This document shows, one piece after another, positions 42,468 to 58,400 of a stretch of 64,000 nt of DNA; within the stretch, counting starts at the first letter, position 1, and every line of letters begins with the position of its first letter. Position numbers and translations under genes: made by a program. The DNA comes from Eledone cirrhosa (taxonomy: Eukaryota). The DNA is taken from positions 20,212,001 through 20,276,000 of the forward strand of contig OZ024744.1 in the NCBI GenBank assembly GCA_964016885.1, written 5' to 3'. Under the pieces are notes generated by a model. That model ran no database searches, was not told the origin of the DNA, and was given only the letters and a program-made list of their open reading frames with translations.

Positions 42468-44599
42468 CAAATAAAACTCGTTTTAACAACAGTTGAATCT
42501 TAAGAACTGACTCGTTTTAACAACAGTTGAATGTTAAGGTAAAACTCTTTTCAACAATAGTTGAATCTTAAGAACTGACTCGATTTAACAACAGTTGAAT
42601 CTTAAGATAAAACTCGTTTTAACAACAGTTGAATCTTAAGAACTGACTCGTTATAACAACAGCTGAATATTAAGATAAAACTCGTTTTAACAACAGTTGA
42701 ATCTTAAGATAAAACTCGTTTTAACAACAGTTGAATCTTAAGAACTGACTCATTTTAACAACAGTTGACTCTTAAGATAAAACTCGTTTTAACAACAGTT
42801 GAATCTTAAGAACTGACTCGTTTTAACAACAGTTGAATCTTAAGATAAAATTCGTTTTAACAACAGTTGAATCTTAAGAACTGATTCGTTTTAACAACAG
42901 TTGAATCTTATGAACTGACTCATTTTAACAACAGTTGAATCTTAAGATAACAGTCGTTTTAACAACAGTTAAATCTTAAAGATAAAACTCGCTTTCACAA
43001 CAGTTGAATCTTAAAATAAAACTCGTTTTAACAATAGTTGAATCTCAAGAACTGACTCGTTTTAGCAACAGTTGAATCTTAAGATAACACTCGTTTTAAT
43101 AACAGTTGAATCTTAAGAACTGTCTCGTTTTAACAACAGTTGATTCTTAAGATAAACCTAGTTTTAACAACAGTTGAATCTTAAGAACTGACTCGTTTTA
43201 ACAACAGTTAAATCTTAATAATTGACTCGTTTTAACAACAGTTGAATCTTAAGAACTGACTCGTTTTAACGACAGCTGAATCTTAAGATAAAACTAGTTT
43301 TAACAACAGTTCAATCTTAAAGATAAAACTCGCTTTCACAACAGTTGAATCTTAAAATAAAACTCGTTTTAACAATAGTTGAATCTCAAGAACTGACTCG
43401 TTTTAGCAACAGTTGAATCTTAAGATAACACTCGTTTTAATAACAGTTGAATCTTAAGAACTGTCTCGTTTTAACAACAGTTGATTCTTAAGATAAACCT
43501 AGTTTTAACAACAGTTGAATCTTAAGAACTGACTCGTTTTAACAACAGTTAAATCTTAATAATTGACTCGTTTTAACAACAGTTGAATCTTAAGATAAAA
43601 ACTCGTTTTAACAATAGTTAAATCTTAAGAAGTGACTCGTTTTAACAACAGTTGAATCTTAAGATATAACTCGTTTTAACAACAGTTGAATCTTAAGAAT
43701 TGACTCGTTTTAACAAAAGTTCAACCTTAAGAACTGACTCGTTTTAACAACAGTGAATCTTCAAATAAAACTCGTTTTAACAACAGTTGAATCTTAAGAA
43801 CTGACTCGTTTTAACAACAGTTGAATATTAAGATAAAGCTCGTTTTAACAACAGTTCAATCTTAAGAACTGACTCGTTTTAACAACAGTTGAATCCTAAG
43901 ACAAAACCCGTTTTAACAACAGTTGAATCTTAAGATAAACCTCGTTTTAACAACAGTTGAATCTTAAGATAAAACTCGTTTTAACAACAGTTGAATCTTA
44001 AGAACTGACTCGTTTTAACAACAGTTCAAACTTAAGAACTGACTCGTTTTAACAACAGTTGAACCTTCAAATAAAACTCGTTTAACAACAGTTGAATCTT
44101 AAGAACTGACTCGTTTTAACAACAGTTCAAACTTAAGAACTGACTCGTTTTAACAACAGTTGAATCTTATGAACTGACTCATTTTAACAACAGTTGAATC
44201 TTAAGATAACATTCGTTTTAACAAAAGTTGAATCTTAAGAACTGACTCGTTTTAACAACAGTTCAATCTTCAAATAAAACTCGTTTTAACAACAGTTGAA
44301 TCTTAAGAACTGACTCGTTTTAACAACAGTTCAACCTTAAGAACTGACTCGTTTAACAACAGTTGAATCTTCAAATAAAACTCGTTTTAACAACAGTTGA
44401 AACTTAAGAACTGACTCGTTTTAACAACATTTGAATCTTAAGATAAAACTCGTTTTAACAACAATTGAATCTTAAGAACTGACTCGTTTTAACAACAGTT
44501 GAATGTTAAGATAAAACTCGTTTTAACAACAGTTGAATCTTAAGAACTGACTCGTTTCATCAACAGTTCAACCTTAAGAACTGACTCGTTTTTACAACA

Positions 44600-46480
44600 G
44601 TTGAATCTTCAAATAAAACTCGTTTTAACAACAGTTGAATCTTAAGAACTGACTCGTTTTAAGAACAGTTGAATGTTAAGATAAAACTCGTTTTAACAAT
44701 AGTTGAATCTTAAGAACTGACTCGTTTTAACAACAGTTGAATCTTAAGATAAAACTCGTTTTAACAACAGTTGAATCTTAAGAACTGACTCGTTTTAACA
44801 ACAGCTGAATCTTAAGATAAAACTCGTTTTAACAACAGTTGAATCTTATGAACTGACTCGTTTTATCAACAGTTCAACCTTAAGAACTGACTCGTTTTAA
44901 CAACACTTGAATCTTCAAATAAAACTCGTTTTAACAACAGTTGAATCTTAAGAACTGACTCGTTTTAACAACAGTTGAAACTTAAGACCTGACTCGTTTT
45001 AACAACAGTTGAATCTTAAGAACTGACTCGTTTTAACAACAGCTGATACTTAAGATAAAACTCGTTTTAACAGCAGTTGAATCTTAACAACTGACTCGTT
45101 TTAACAACAGTTCAACCTTAAGAACTGACTCGTTTTAACAACAGTTGAATCTTCAAATAAAACTCGATTTAACAACAGTTGAATCTTAAGAACTGACTCG
45201 TTTTAACAACAGTCGAATCTTAAGATAAAACTCGTTTTAACAACAGTTGAATCTTAAGAACTGACTCATTTTAACAACACTTGAATCTTAAGATAAAACT
45301 CGTTTTAACAACAGTTGAATCTTAAGAACTGACTCGTTTTAACAACAGCTGAATCTTAAGATACAACTCGTTTTAACAACAGTTGAATCTTAAGAACTGA
45401 CTCGTTTTAACAACAGTTCAACCGTAAGAGCTGACTCGTTTAACATCAGTTGAATCTTAAGATAAAACTCGTTTTAACAACAGTTGAATCTTAAGAACTG
45501 TCCCGTTTTAACAACAGTTTAATCTTAAGATAAAACTCGTTTTAACAACAGTTGAATCTTAAGAACTGACTCGTTTTAAGAACAGTTGAATGTTAAGATA
45601 AAACTCGTTTTAACAATAGTTGAATCTTAAGAACTGACTCGTTTTAACAACAGTTGAATCTTAAGATAAAACTCGTTTTAACAACAGTTGAATCTTAAGA
45701 ACTGACTCGTTTTAACAACAGCTGAATCTTAAGATAAAACTCGTTTTAACAACAGTTGAATCTTATGAACTGACTCGTTTTATCAACAGTTCAACCTTAA
45801 GAACTGACTCGTTTTAACAACACTTGAATCTTCAAATAAAACTCGTTTTAACAACAGTTGAATCTTAAGAACTGACTCGTTTTGACAACAGTTGAAACTT
45901 AAGAACTGACTCGTTTTAACAACAGTTGAATCTTAAGAACTGACTCGTTTTAACAACAGCTGATACTTAAGATAAAACTCGTTTTAACAGCAGTTGAATC
46001 TTAACAACTGACTCGTTTTAACAACAGTTCAACCTTAAGAACTGACTCGTTTTAACAACAGTTGAATCTTCAAATAAAACTCGATTTAACAACAGTTGAA
46101 TCTTAAGAACTGACTCGTTTTAACAACAGTCGAATCTTAAGATAAAACTCGTTTTAACAACAGTTGAATCTTAAGAACTGACTCATTTTAACAACACTTG
46201 AATCTTAAGAAAAAACTCGTTTTAACAACAGTTGAATCTTAAGAACTGACTCGTTTTAACAACAGCTGAATCTTAAGATACAACTCGTTTTAACAACAGT
46301 TGAATCTTAAGAACTGACTCGTTTTAACAACAGTTCAACCGTAAGAGCTGACTCGTTTAACATCAGTTGAATCTTAAGATAAAACTCGTTTTAACAACAG
46401 TTGAATCTTAAGAACTGACTCGTTTTAACAACAGTTTAATCTTAAGATAAAACTCGTTTTAACAACTGTTGAATCTTAAG
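44600..46480. repeat. Tandem duplication, 917-bp period (about 27 monomers) x2
   Basis: AAGAACAGTTGAATGTT is at 44661/45578 and ACCGTAAGAGCT at 45421/46338 (offset 917). Confidence 0.85.
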
Positions 46481-49400
46481 ATCTGACTCGTTTTAACAAC
46501 AGTTGAATCTTGAAATAAAACTCGTTTTAACAACAGTTGAATCTTAAGAACTGACTCGTTTTAACAACAGTTGAATGTTAAGATAAAACTCGTTTTAACA
46601 ATAGTTGAATCTTAAGAACTGACTCGTTTTAACAACAGTTGAATCTTAAGATAACATTCGTTTTAACAACAGTTGAATCTTAAGAACTGATTCGTTTTAA
46701 CAGCAGTTGAATCTTAAGATAAAACTCGTTTTAACAACAGTTGAATCTTAAGAACTGACTCGTTTTAACAACAGCTGAATCTTAAGATAAAACTCGTTTT
46801 AACAACAGTCGAATCTTAAGAACTGACTCGATTTATCAACAGTTCAACCTTAAGAACTGACTCGTTTTAACAACAGTTGAATCTTCAAATAAAACTCGTT
46901 TTAACAACAGTTGAATCTTAAGAACTGACTCGTTTTAACAACAGTTGAATCTGAAGATAAAATTCGTTTTAACAACAGTTGAATCTTAAGATAACATTCG
47001 TTTTAACAACAGTTGAATCTTAAGAACTGACTCGTTTTAACAGCAGTTGAATCTTAAGATAAAACTCTTTTTAACAACAGTTGAATCTTAAGAACTGACT
47101 CGTCTTAACAACAGCTGAATCTTAAGATAAAACTCGTTTTAACAACAGTTGAATCTTAAGAACTGACTCGATTTATCAACAGTTCAACCTTAAGGACTGA
47201 CTCGTTTTAACAACAGTTGAATCTTCAAATAAAACTCGTTTTAACAACAGTTGAATCTTAAGAACTGACTCGTTTTAACAACAGTTCAGACTTAAGAACT
47301 GACTCGTTTTAACAACAGTTGAATCTTATGAACTGACTCATTTTAACAACAGTTGAATCTTAAGATAACATTCGTTTTAACAACAGTTGAATCTTAAGAA
47401 CTGACTCGTTTTAACAACAGTTGAATCTTAAAGATAAAACTCGTTTTAACAACAGTTGAATCTTAAGAACTGACTCGTTTCATCAACAATTCAACCTTAA
47501 GAACTGACTCGTTTTAACAACAGTTGAATCTTAAGAACTGATTCGTTTTAACAGCAGTTGAATCTTCAAAAAAAACTCGTTTTAACAACAGTTGAATCTT
47601 AAGAACTGACTCGTTTTAACAACAGTTGAATGTTAAGGTAAAACTCGTTTTAACAATAGTTGAATCTTAAGAACTGACTCGATTTAACAACAGTTGAATC
47701 TTAAGATAAAACTCGTTTTAACAACAGTTGAATCTTAAGAACTGACTCGTTATAACAACAGCTGAATCTTAAGATAAAACTCGTTTTAACAACAGTTCAA
47801 ACTTAAGAAATGACTCGTTTTAACAACAGTTGAATCTTATGAACTGACTCATTGTAACAACAGTTGAATCTTCAAATAAAACTCGTTTTAACAACAGTTG
47901 AATCTTAAGAACTGACTCGTTTTAACAACAGTTGAAACTTAAGAACTGACTCGTTTTAACAACAGTTGAATCTTAAGAACTGACTCGTTTTAACAACAGC
48001 TGATACTTAAGATAAAACTCGTTTTAACAGCAGTTGAATCTTAACAACTGACTCGTTTTAACAACAGTTCAACCTTAAGAACTGACTCGTTTTAACAACA
48101 GTTGAATCTTCAAATAAAACTCGATTTAACAACAGTTGAATCTTAAGAACTGACTCGTTTTAACAACAGTCGAATCTTAAGATAAAACTCGTTTTAACAA
48201 CAGTTGAATCTTAAGAACTGACTCGTTTTAACAACAGCTGAATCTTAAGATACAACTCGTTTTAACAACAGTTGAATCTTAAGAACTGACTCGTTTTAAC
48301 AGCAGTTCAACCGTAAGAGCTGACTCGTTTAACATCAGTTGAATCTTAAGATAAAACTCGTTTTAACAACAGTTGAATCTTAAGAACTGACTCGTTTTAA
48401 CAACAGTTTAATCTTAAGATAAAACTCGTTTTAACAACAGTTGAATCTTAAGAACTGACTCGTTTTAAGAACAGTTGAATGTTAAGATAAAACTCGTTTT
48501 AACAATAGTTGAATCTTAAGAACTGACTCGTTTTAACAACAGTTGAATCTTAAGATAACACTCGTTTTAACAACAGTTGAATCTTAAGAACTGACTCGTT
48601 TTAACAACAGCTGAATCTTAAGATAAAACTCGTTTTAACAACAGTTGAATCTTATGAACTGACTCGTTTTATCAACAGTTCAACCTTAAGAACTGACTCG
48701 TTTTAACAACACTTGAATCTTCAAATAAAACTCGTTTTAACAACAGTTGAATCTTAAGAACTGACTCGTTTTAACAACAGTTGAAACTTAAGAACTGACT
48801 CGTTTTAACACCAGTTGAATCTTAAGAACTGACTCGTTTTAACAACAGCTGATACTTAAGATAAAACTCGTTTTAACAGCAGTTGAATCTTAACAACTGA
48901 CTCGTTTTAACAACAGTTCAACCTTAAGAACTGACTCGTTTTAACAACAGTTGAATCTTCAAATAAAACTCGATTTAACAACAGTTGAATCTTAAGAACT
49001 GACTCGTTTTAACAACAGTCGAATCTTAAGATAAAACTCGTTTTAACAACAGTTGAATCTTAAGAACTGACTCATTTTAACAACAGCTGAATCTTAAGAT
49101 ACAACTCGTTTTAACAACAGTTGAATCTTAAGAACTGACTCGTTTTAACAACAGTTCAACCGTAAGAGCTGACTCGTTTAACATCAGTTGAATCTTAAGA
49201 TAAAACTCGTTTTAACAACAGTTGAATCTTAAGAACTGACTCGTTTTAACAACAGTTTAATCTTAAGATAAAACTCGTTTTAACAACTGTTGAATCTTAA
49301 GATCTGACTCGTTTTAACAACAGTTGAATCTTGAAATAAAACTCGTTTTAACAACAGTTGAATCTTAAGAACTGACTCGTTTTAACAACAGTTGAATGTT

Positions 49401-52400
49401 AAGATAAAACTCGTTTTAACAATAGTTGAATCTTAAGAACTGACTCGTTTTAACAACAGTTGAATCTTAAGATAACATTCGTTTTAACAACAGTTGAATC
49501 TTAAGAACTGATTCGTTTTAACAGCAGTTGAATCTTAAGAACTGACTCGTTTTAACAACAGTTGAATCTGAAGATAAAATTCGTTTTAACAACAGTTGAA
49601 TCTTAAGATAACATTCGTTTTAACAACAGTTGAATCTTAAGAACTGACTCGTTTTAACAGCAGTTGAATCTTAAGATAAAACTCTTTTTAACAACAGTTG
49701 AATCTTAAGAACTGACTCGTCTTAACAACAGCTGAATCTTAAGATAAAACTCGTTTTAACAACAGTTGAATCTTAAGAACTGACTCGATTTATCAACAGT
49801 TCAACCTTAAGGACTGACTCGTTTTAACAACAGTTGAATCTTCAAATAAAACTCGTTTTAACAACAGTTGAATCTGAAGATAAAATTCGTTTTAACAACA
49901 GTTGAATCTTAAGATAACATTCGTTTTAACAACAGTTGAATCTTAAGAACTGACTCGTTTTAACAGCAGTTGAATCTTAAGATAAAACTCTTTTTAACAA
50001 CAGTTGAATCTTAAGAACTGACTCGTCTTAACAACAGCTGAATCTTAAGATAAAACTCGTTTTAACAACAGTTGAATCTTAAGAACTGACTCGTTTTAAC
50101 AACAGTTCAAACTTAAGAACTGACTCGTTTTAACAACAGTTGAATCTTATGAACTGACTCATTTTAACAACAGTTGAATCTTAAGATAACATTCGTTTTA
50201 ACAACAGTTGAATCTTAAGAACTGACTCGTTTTAACAACAGTTGAATCTTAAAGATAAAACTCGTTTTAACAACAGTTGAATCTTAAGAACTGACTCGTT
50301 TCATCAACAATTCAACCTTAAGAACTGACTCGTTTTAACAACAGTTGAATCTTAAGAACTGATTCGTTTTAACAGCAGTTGAATCTTCAAAAAAAACTCG
50401 TTTTAACAACAGTTGAATCTTAAGAACTGACTCGTTTTAACAACAGTTGAATGTTAAGGTAAAACTCGTTTTAACAATAGTTGAATCTTAAGAACTGACT
50501 CGATTTAACAACAGTTGAATCTTAAGATAAAACTCGTTTTAACAACAGTTGAATCTTAAGAACTGACTCGTTATAACAACAGCTGAATCTTAAGATAAAA
50601 CTCGTTTTAACAACAGTTCAAACTTAAGAAATGACTCGTTTTAACAACAGTTGAATCTTATGAACTGACTCATTGTAACAACAGTTGAATCTTCAAATAA
50701 AACTCGTTTTAACAACAGTTGAATCTTAAGAACTGACTCGTTTTAACAACAGTTGAAACTTAAGAACTGACTCGTTTTAACAACAGTTGAATCTTAAGAA
50801 CTGACTCGTTTTAACAACAGCTGATACTTAAGATAAAACTCGTTTTAACAGCAGTTGAATCTTAACAACTGACTCGTTTTAACAACAGTTCAACCTTAAG
50901 AACTGACTCGTTTTAACAACAGTTGAATCTTAAGATAAAACTCGTTTTAACAACAGTTGAATCTTAAGAACTGACTCGTTATAACAACAGCTGAATCTTA
51001 AGATAAAACTCGTTTTAACAACAGTTCAAACTTAAGAAATGACTCGTTTTAACAACAGTTGAATCTTATGAACTGACTCATTGTAACAACAGTTGAATCT
51101 TCAAATAAAACTCGTTTTAACAACAGTTGAATCTTAAGAACTGACTCGTTTTAACAACAGTTGAAACTTAAGAACTGACTCGTTTTAACAACAGTTGAAT
51201 CTTAAGAACTGACTCGTTTTAACAACAGCTGATACTTAAGATAAAACTCGTTTTAACAGCAGTTGAATCTTAACAACTGACTCGTTTTAACAACAGTTCA
51301 ACCTTAAGAACTGACTCGTTTTAACAACAGTTGAATCTTCAAATAAAACTCGATTTAACAACAGTTGAATCTTAAGAACTGACTCGTTTTAACAACAGTC
51401 GAATCTTAAGATAAAACTCGTTTTAACAACAGTTGAATCTTAAGAACTGACTCGTTTTAACAACAGCTGAATCTTAAGATACAACTCGTTTTAACAACAG
51501 TTGAATCTTAAGAACTGACTCGTTTTAACAGCAGTTCAACCGTAAGAGCTGACTCGTTTAACATCAGTTGAATCTTAAGATAAAACTCGTTTTAACAACA
51601 GTTGAATCTTAAGAACTGACTCGTTTTAACAACAGTTTAATCTTAAGATAAAACTCGTTTTAACAACAGTTGAATCTTAAGAACTGACTCGTTTTAAGAA
51701 CAGTTGAATGTTAAGAATAAACTCGTTTTAACAATAGTTGAATCTTAAGAACTGACTCGTTTTAACAACAGTTGAATCTTAAGATAACACTCGTTTTAAC
51801 AACAGTTGAATCTTAAGGACTGACTCGTTTTAACAACAGCTGAATCTTAAGATAAAACTCGTTTTAACAACAGTTGAATCTTATGAACTGACTCGTTTTA
51901 TCAACAGTTCAACCTTAAGAACTGACTCGTTTTAACAACACTTGAATCTTCAAATAAAACTCGTTTTAACAACAGTTGAAACTTAAGAACTGACTCGTTT
52001 TAACACCAGTTGAATCTTAAGAACTGACTCGTTTTAACAACAGCTGATACTTAAGATAAAACTCGTTTTAACAGCAGTTGAATCTTAACAACTGACTCGT
52101 TTTAACAACAGTTCAACCTTAAGAACTGACTCGTTTTAACAACAGTTGAATCTTCAAATAAAACTCGATTTAACAACAGTTGAATCTTAAGAACTGACTC
52201 GTTTTAACAACAGTCGAATCTTAAGATAAAACTCGTTTTAACAACAGTTGAATCTTAAGAACTGACTCATTTTAACAACACTTGAATCTTAAGATAAAAC
52301 TCGTTTTAACAACAGTTGAATCTTAAGAACTGACTCGTTTTAACAACAGCTGAATCTAAAGATACAACTCGTTTTAACAACAGTTGAATCTTAAGAACTG

Positions 52401-55400
52401 ACTCGTTTTAACAACAGTTCAACCGTAAGAGCTGACTCGTTTAACATCAGTTGAATCTTAAGATAAAACTCGTTTTAACAACACTTGAATCTTAAGAACT
52501 GACTCGTTTTAACAACAGTTTAATCTTAAGATAAAACTCGTTTTAACGACTGTTGAATCTTAAGATCTGACTCGTTTTAACAACAGTTGAATCTTGAAAT
52601 AAAACTCGTTTTAACAACAGTTGAATCTTAAGAACTGACTCGTTTTAACAACAGTTGAATGTTAAGATTAAACTCGTTTTAACAATAGTTGAATCTTAAG
52701 AACTGACTCGTCTTAACAACAGTTGAATCTTAAGATAACATTCGTTTTAACAACAGTTGAATCTTAAGAACTGATTCGTTTTAACAGCAGTTGAATCTTA
52801 AGATAAAACTCGTTTTAACAACAGTTGAATCTTAAGAACTGACTCGTTTTAACAACAGCTGAATCTTAAGATAAAACTCGTTTTAACAACAGTTGAATCT
52901 TAAGAACTGACTCGATTTATCAACAGTTCAACCTTAAGAACTGACTCGTTTTAACAACAGTTGAATCTTCAAATAAAACTCGTTTTAACAACAGTTGAAT
53001 CTTAAGAACTGACTCGTTTTAACAACAGTTGAATCTGAAGATAAAATTCGTTTTAACAACAGTTGAATCTTAAGATAACATTCGTTTTAACAACAGTTGA
53101 ATCTTAAGAACTGACTCGTTTTAACAGCAGTTGAATCTTAAGATAAAACTCTTTTTAACAACAGTTGAATCTTAAGAACTGACTCGTCTTAACAACAGCT
53201 GAATCTTAAGATAAAACTCGTTTTAACAACAGTTGAATCTTAAGAACTGACTCGATTTATCAACAGTTCAACCTTAAGGAATGACTCGTTTTAACAACAG
53301 TTGAATCTTCAAATAAAACTCGTTTTAACAACAGTTGAATCTTAAGAACTGACTCGTTTTAACAACAGTTCAAACTTAAGAACTGACTCGTTTTAACAAC
53401 AGTTGAATCTTATCAACTGACTCATTTTAACAACAGTTGAATCTTAAGATAACATTCGTTTTAACAACAGTTGAATCTTAAGAACTGACTCGTTTTAACA
53501 ACAGTTGAATCTTAAAGATAAAACTCGTTTTAACAACAGTTGAATCTTAAGAACTGACTCGTTTCATCAACAATTCAACCTTAAGAACTGACTCGTTTTA
53601 ACAACAGTTGAATCTTAAGAACTGATTCGTTTTAACAGCAGTTGAATCTTCAAATAAAACTCGTTTTAACAACAGTTGAATCTTAAGAACTGACTCGTTT
53701 TAACAACAGTTGAATGTTAAGGTAAAACTCGTTTTAACAATAGTTGAATCTTAAGAACTGACTCGATTTAACAACAGTTGAATCTTAAGATAAAACTCGT
53801 TTTAACAACAGTTGAATCTTAAGAACTGACTCGTTATAACAACAGCTGAATCTTAAGATAAAACTCGTTTTAACAACAGTTCAAACTTAAGAAATGACTC
53901 GTTTTAACAACATTTGAATCTTATGAACTGACTCATTGTAACAACAGTTGAATCTTAAGATAACATTCGTTTTAACAACAGTTCAACCTTAAGAACTGAC
54001 TCGTTTTAACAACAGTTGAATCTTCAAATAAAACTCGTTTTAACAACAGTTGAATCTTAAGAAAAGACTCGTTTTAACAACAGTTGAATCTTAAGATAAA
54101 ACTCGTTTTAACAACAGTTGAATCTTAAGAACTGACTCATTTTAACAACAGTTGAATCTTAAGATAAAACTCGTTTTAACAACAGTTGAATCTTAAGAAC
54201 TGATTCGTTTTAACAACAGTTCAAACTTAAGAACTGACTCGTTATAACATCAGTTGAATCTTAAGATAACAATCGTTTTAACAACAGTTGAATCTTATGA
54301 ACTGACTCATTTTAACAACAGTTTAATCTTAAGATAAAACTCGTTTTAACAACTGTTGAATCTTAAGAACTGACTCGTTTTAACAACAGTTGAATCTTGA
54401 AATAAAACTCGTTTTAACAACAGTTGAATCTTAAGAACTAACTCGTTTTAACAACAGTTGAATGTTAAGATAAAACTCGTTTTAACAATAGTTGAATCTT
54501 AAGAACTGACTCGTTTTAACAACAGTTGAATCTTAAGATAACATTCGTTTTAACAACAGTTTAATCTTAAGAACTGATTCGTTTTAACAGCAGTTGAATC
54601 TTAAGATAAAACTCGTTTTAACAACAGTTGAATCTTAAGAACTGACTCGTTTTAACAACAGTTGAATCTTATGAACTGACTCATTTTAACGACAGTTGAA
54701 TCTTAAGATAACATTCGTTTTAACAACAGTTGAATCTTAAGAACTGACTCGTTTTAACAACAGTTGAATCTTAAAGATAAAACTCGTTTTAACAACAGTT
54801 GAATCTTAAGAACTGACTCGTTTCATCAACAATTCAACCTTAAGAACTGACTCGTTTTAACAACAGTTGAATCTTAAGAACTGATTCGTTTTAACAGCAG
54901 TTGAATCTTCAAAAAAAACTCGTTTTAACAACAGTTGAATCTTGAGAACTGACTCGTTTTAACAACAGTTGAATGTTGAGGTAAAACTCGTTTTAACAAT
55001 AGTTGAATCTTAAGAACTGACTTGATTTAACAACAGTTGAATCTTAAGATAAAACTCGTTTTAACAACAGTTGAATCTTAAGAACTGACTCGTTATAACA
55101 ACAGCTGAATCTTAAGATAAAACTCGTTTTAACAACAGTTCAAACTTAAGAAATGACTCGTTTTAACAACAGTTGAATCTTATGAACTGACTCATTGTAA
55201 CAACAGTTGAATCTTAAGATAACATTCGTTTTAACAACAGTTCAACCTTAAGAACTGACTCGTTTTAACAACAGTTGAATCTTCAAATAAAACTCGTTTT
55301 AACAACAGTTGAATCTTAAGAAAAGACTCGTTTTAACAACAGTTGAATCTTAAGATAAAACTCGTTTTAACAACAGTTGAATCTTAAGAACTGACTCATT

Positions 55401-58400
55401 TTAACAACAGTTGAATCTTAAGATAAAACTCGTTTTAACAACAGTTGAATCTTAAGAACTGATTCGTTTTAACAACAGTTCAAACTTAAGAACTGACTCG
55501 TTATAACATCAGTTGAATCTTAAGATAACAATCGTTTTAACAACAGTTGAATCTTATGAACTGACTCATTTTAACAACAGTTGAATCTTAAGATAAAACT
55601 CGTTTTAACAACAGTTGAATCTTAAGAACTGACTCGTTTTAACAACAGCTGAATCTTAAGATACAACTCGTTTTAACAACAGTTGAATCTTAAGAACTGA
55701 CTCGTTTTAACAACAGTTCAACCGTAAGAGCTGACTCGTTTAACATCAGTTGAATCTTAAGATAAAACTCGTTTTAACAACAGTTGAATCTTAAGAACTG
55801 ACTCATTTTAACAACAGTTTAATCTTAAGATAAAACTCGTTTTAACAACTGTTGAATCTTAAGAACTGACTCGTTTTAACAACAGTTGAATCTTGAAATA
55901 AAACTCGTTTTAACAACAGTTGAATCTTAAGAACTGACTCGTTTTAACAACAGTTGAATGTTAAGATAAAACTCGTTTTAACAATAGTTGAATCTTAAGA
56001 ACTGACTCGTTTTAACAACAGTTGAATCTTAAGATAACATTCGTTTTAACAACAGTTGAATCTTAAGAACTGATTCGTTTTAACAGCAGTTGAATCTTAA
56101 GATAAAACTCGTTTTAACAACAGTTGAATCTTAAGAACTGACTCGTTTTAACAACAGTCGAATCTTAAGATAAAACTCGTTTTAACAACAGTTGAATCTT
56201 AAGAACTGACTCATTTTAACAACACTTGAATCTTAAGAAAAAACTCGTTTTAACAACAGTTGAATCTTAAGAACTGACTCGTTTTAACAACAGCTGAATC
56301 TTAAGATACAACTCGTTTTAACAACAGTTGAATCTTAAGAACTGACTCGTTTTAACAACAGTTCAACCGTAAGAGCTGACTCGTTTAACATCAGTTGAAT
56401 CTTAATATAAAACTCGTTTTAACAACAGTTGAATCTTAAGAACTGACTCGTTTTAACAACAGTTTAATCTTAAGATAAAACTCGTTTTAACAACTGTTGA
56501 ATCTTAAGATCTGACTCGTTTTAACAACAGTTGAATCTTGAAATAAAACTCGTTTTAACAACAGTTGAATCTTAAGAACTGACTCGTTTTAACAACAGTT
56601 GAATGTTAAGATAAAACTCGTTTTAACAATAGTTGAATCTTAAGAACTGACTCGTTTTAACAACAGTTGAATCTTAAGATAACATTCGTTTTAACAACAG
56701 TTGAATCTTAAGAACTGATTCGTTTTAACAGCAGTTGAATCTTAAGATAAAACTCGTTTTAACAACAGTTGAATCTTAAGAACTGACTCGTTTTAACAAC
56801 AGCTGAATCTTAAGATAAAACTCGTTTTAACAACAGTCGAATCTTAAGAACTGACTCGATTTATCAACAGTTCAACCTTAAGAACTGACTCGTTTTAACA
56901 ACAGTTGAATCTTCAAATAAAACTCGTTTTAACAACAGTTGAATCTTAAGAACTGACTCGTTTTAACAACAGTTGAATCTGAAGATAAAATTCGTTTTAA
57001 CAACAGTTGAATCTTAAGATAACATTCGTTTTAACAACAGTTGAATCTTAAGAACTGACTCGTTTTAACAGCAGTTGAATCTTAAGATAAAACTCTTTTT
57101 AACAACAGTTGAATCTTAAGAACTGACTCGTCTTAACAACAGCTGAATCTTAAGATAAAACTCGTTTTAACAACAGTTGAATCTTAAGAACTGACTCGAT
57201 TTATCAACAGTTCAACCTTAAGGACTGACTCGTTTTAACAACAGTTGAATCTTCAAATAAAACTCGTTTTAACAACAGTTGAATCTTAAGAACTGACTCG
57301 TTTTAACAACAGTTCAAACTTAAGAACTGACTCGTTTTAACAACAGTTGAATCTTATGAACTGACTCATTTTAACAACAGTTGAATCTTAAGATAACATT
57401 CGTTTTAACAACAGTTGAATCTTAAGAACTGACTCGTTTTAACAACAGTTGAATCTTAAAGATAAAACTCGTTTTAACAACAGTTGAATCTTAAGAACTG
57501 ACTCGTTTCATCAACAATTCAACCTTAAGAACTGACTCGTTTTAACAACAGTTGAATCTTAAGAACTGATTCGTTTTAACAGCAGTTGAATCTTCAAAAA
57601 AAACTCGTTTTAACAACAGTTGAATCTTAAGAACTGACTCGTTTTAACAACAGTTGAATGTTAAGGTAAAACTCGTTTTAACAATAGTTGAATCTTAAGA
57701 ACTGACTCGATTTAACAACAGTTGAATCTTAAGATAAAACTCGTTTTAACAACAGTTGAATCTTAAGAACTGACTCGTTATAACAACAGCTGAATCTTAA
57801 GATAAAACTCGTTTTAACAACAGTTCAAACTTAAGAAATGACTCGTTTTAACAACAGTTGAATCTTATGAACTGACTCATTGTAACAACAGTTGAATCTT
57901 CAAATAAAACTCGTTTTAACAACAGTTGAATCTTAAGAACTGACTCGTTTTAACAACAGTTGAAACTTAAGAACTGACTCGTTTTAACAACAGTTGAATC
58001 TTAAGAACTGACTCGTTTTAACAACAGCTGATACTTAAGATAAAACTCGTTTTAACAGCAGTTGAATCTTAACAACTGACTCGTTTTAACAACAGTTCAA
58101 CCTTAAGAACTGACTCGTTTTAACAACAGTTGAATCTTCAAATAAAACTCGATTTAACAACAGTTGAATCTTAAGAACTGACTCGTTTTAACAACAGTCG
58201 AATCTTAAGATAAAACTCGTTTTAACAACAGTTGAATCTTAAGAACTGACTCGTTTTAACAACAGCTGAATCTTAAGATACAACTCGTTTTAACAACAGT
58301 TGAATCTTAAGAACTGACTCGTTTTAACAGCAGTTCAACCGTAAGAGCTGACTCGTTTAACATCAGTTGAATCTTAAGATAAAACTCGTTTTAACAACAG

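Noticed and set aside
42950-43600. Small 341-bp duplication (GCTTTCACAA at 42991/43332)
   Set aside because: It is real but an ordinary 10-monomer local duplication that adds nothing beyond the listed hierarchy.
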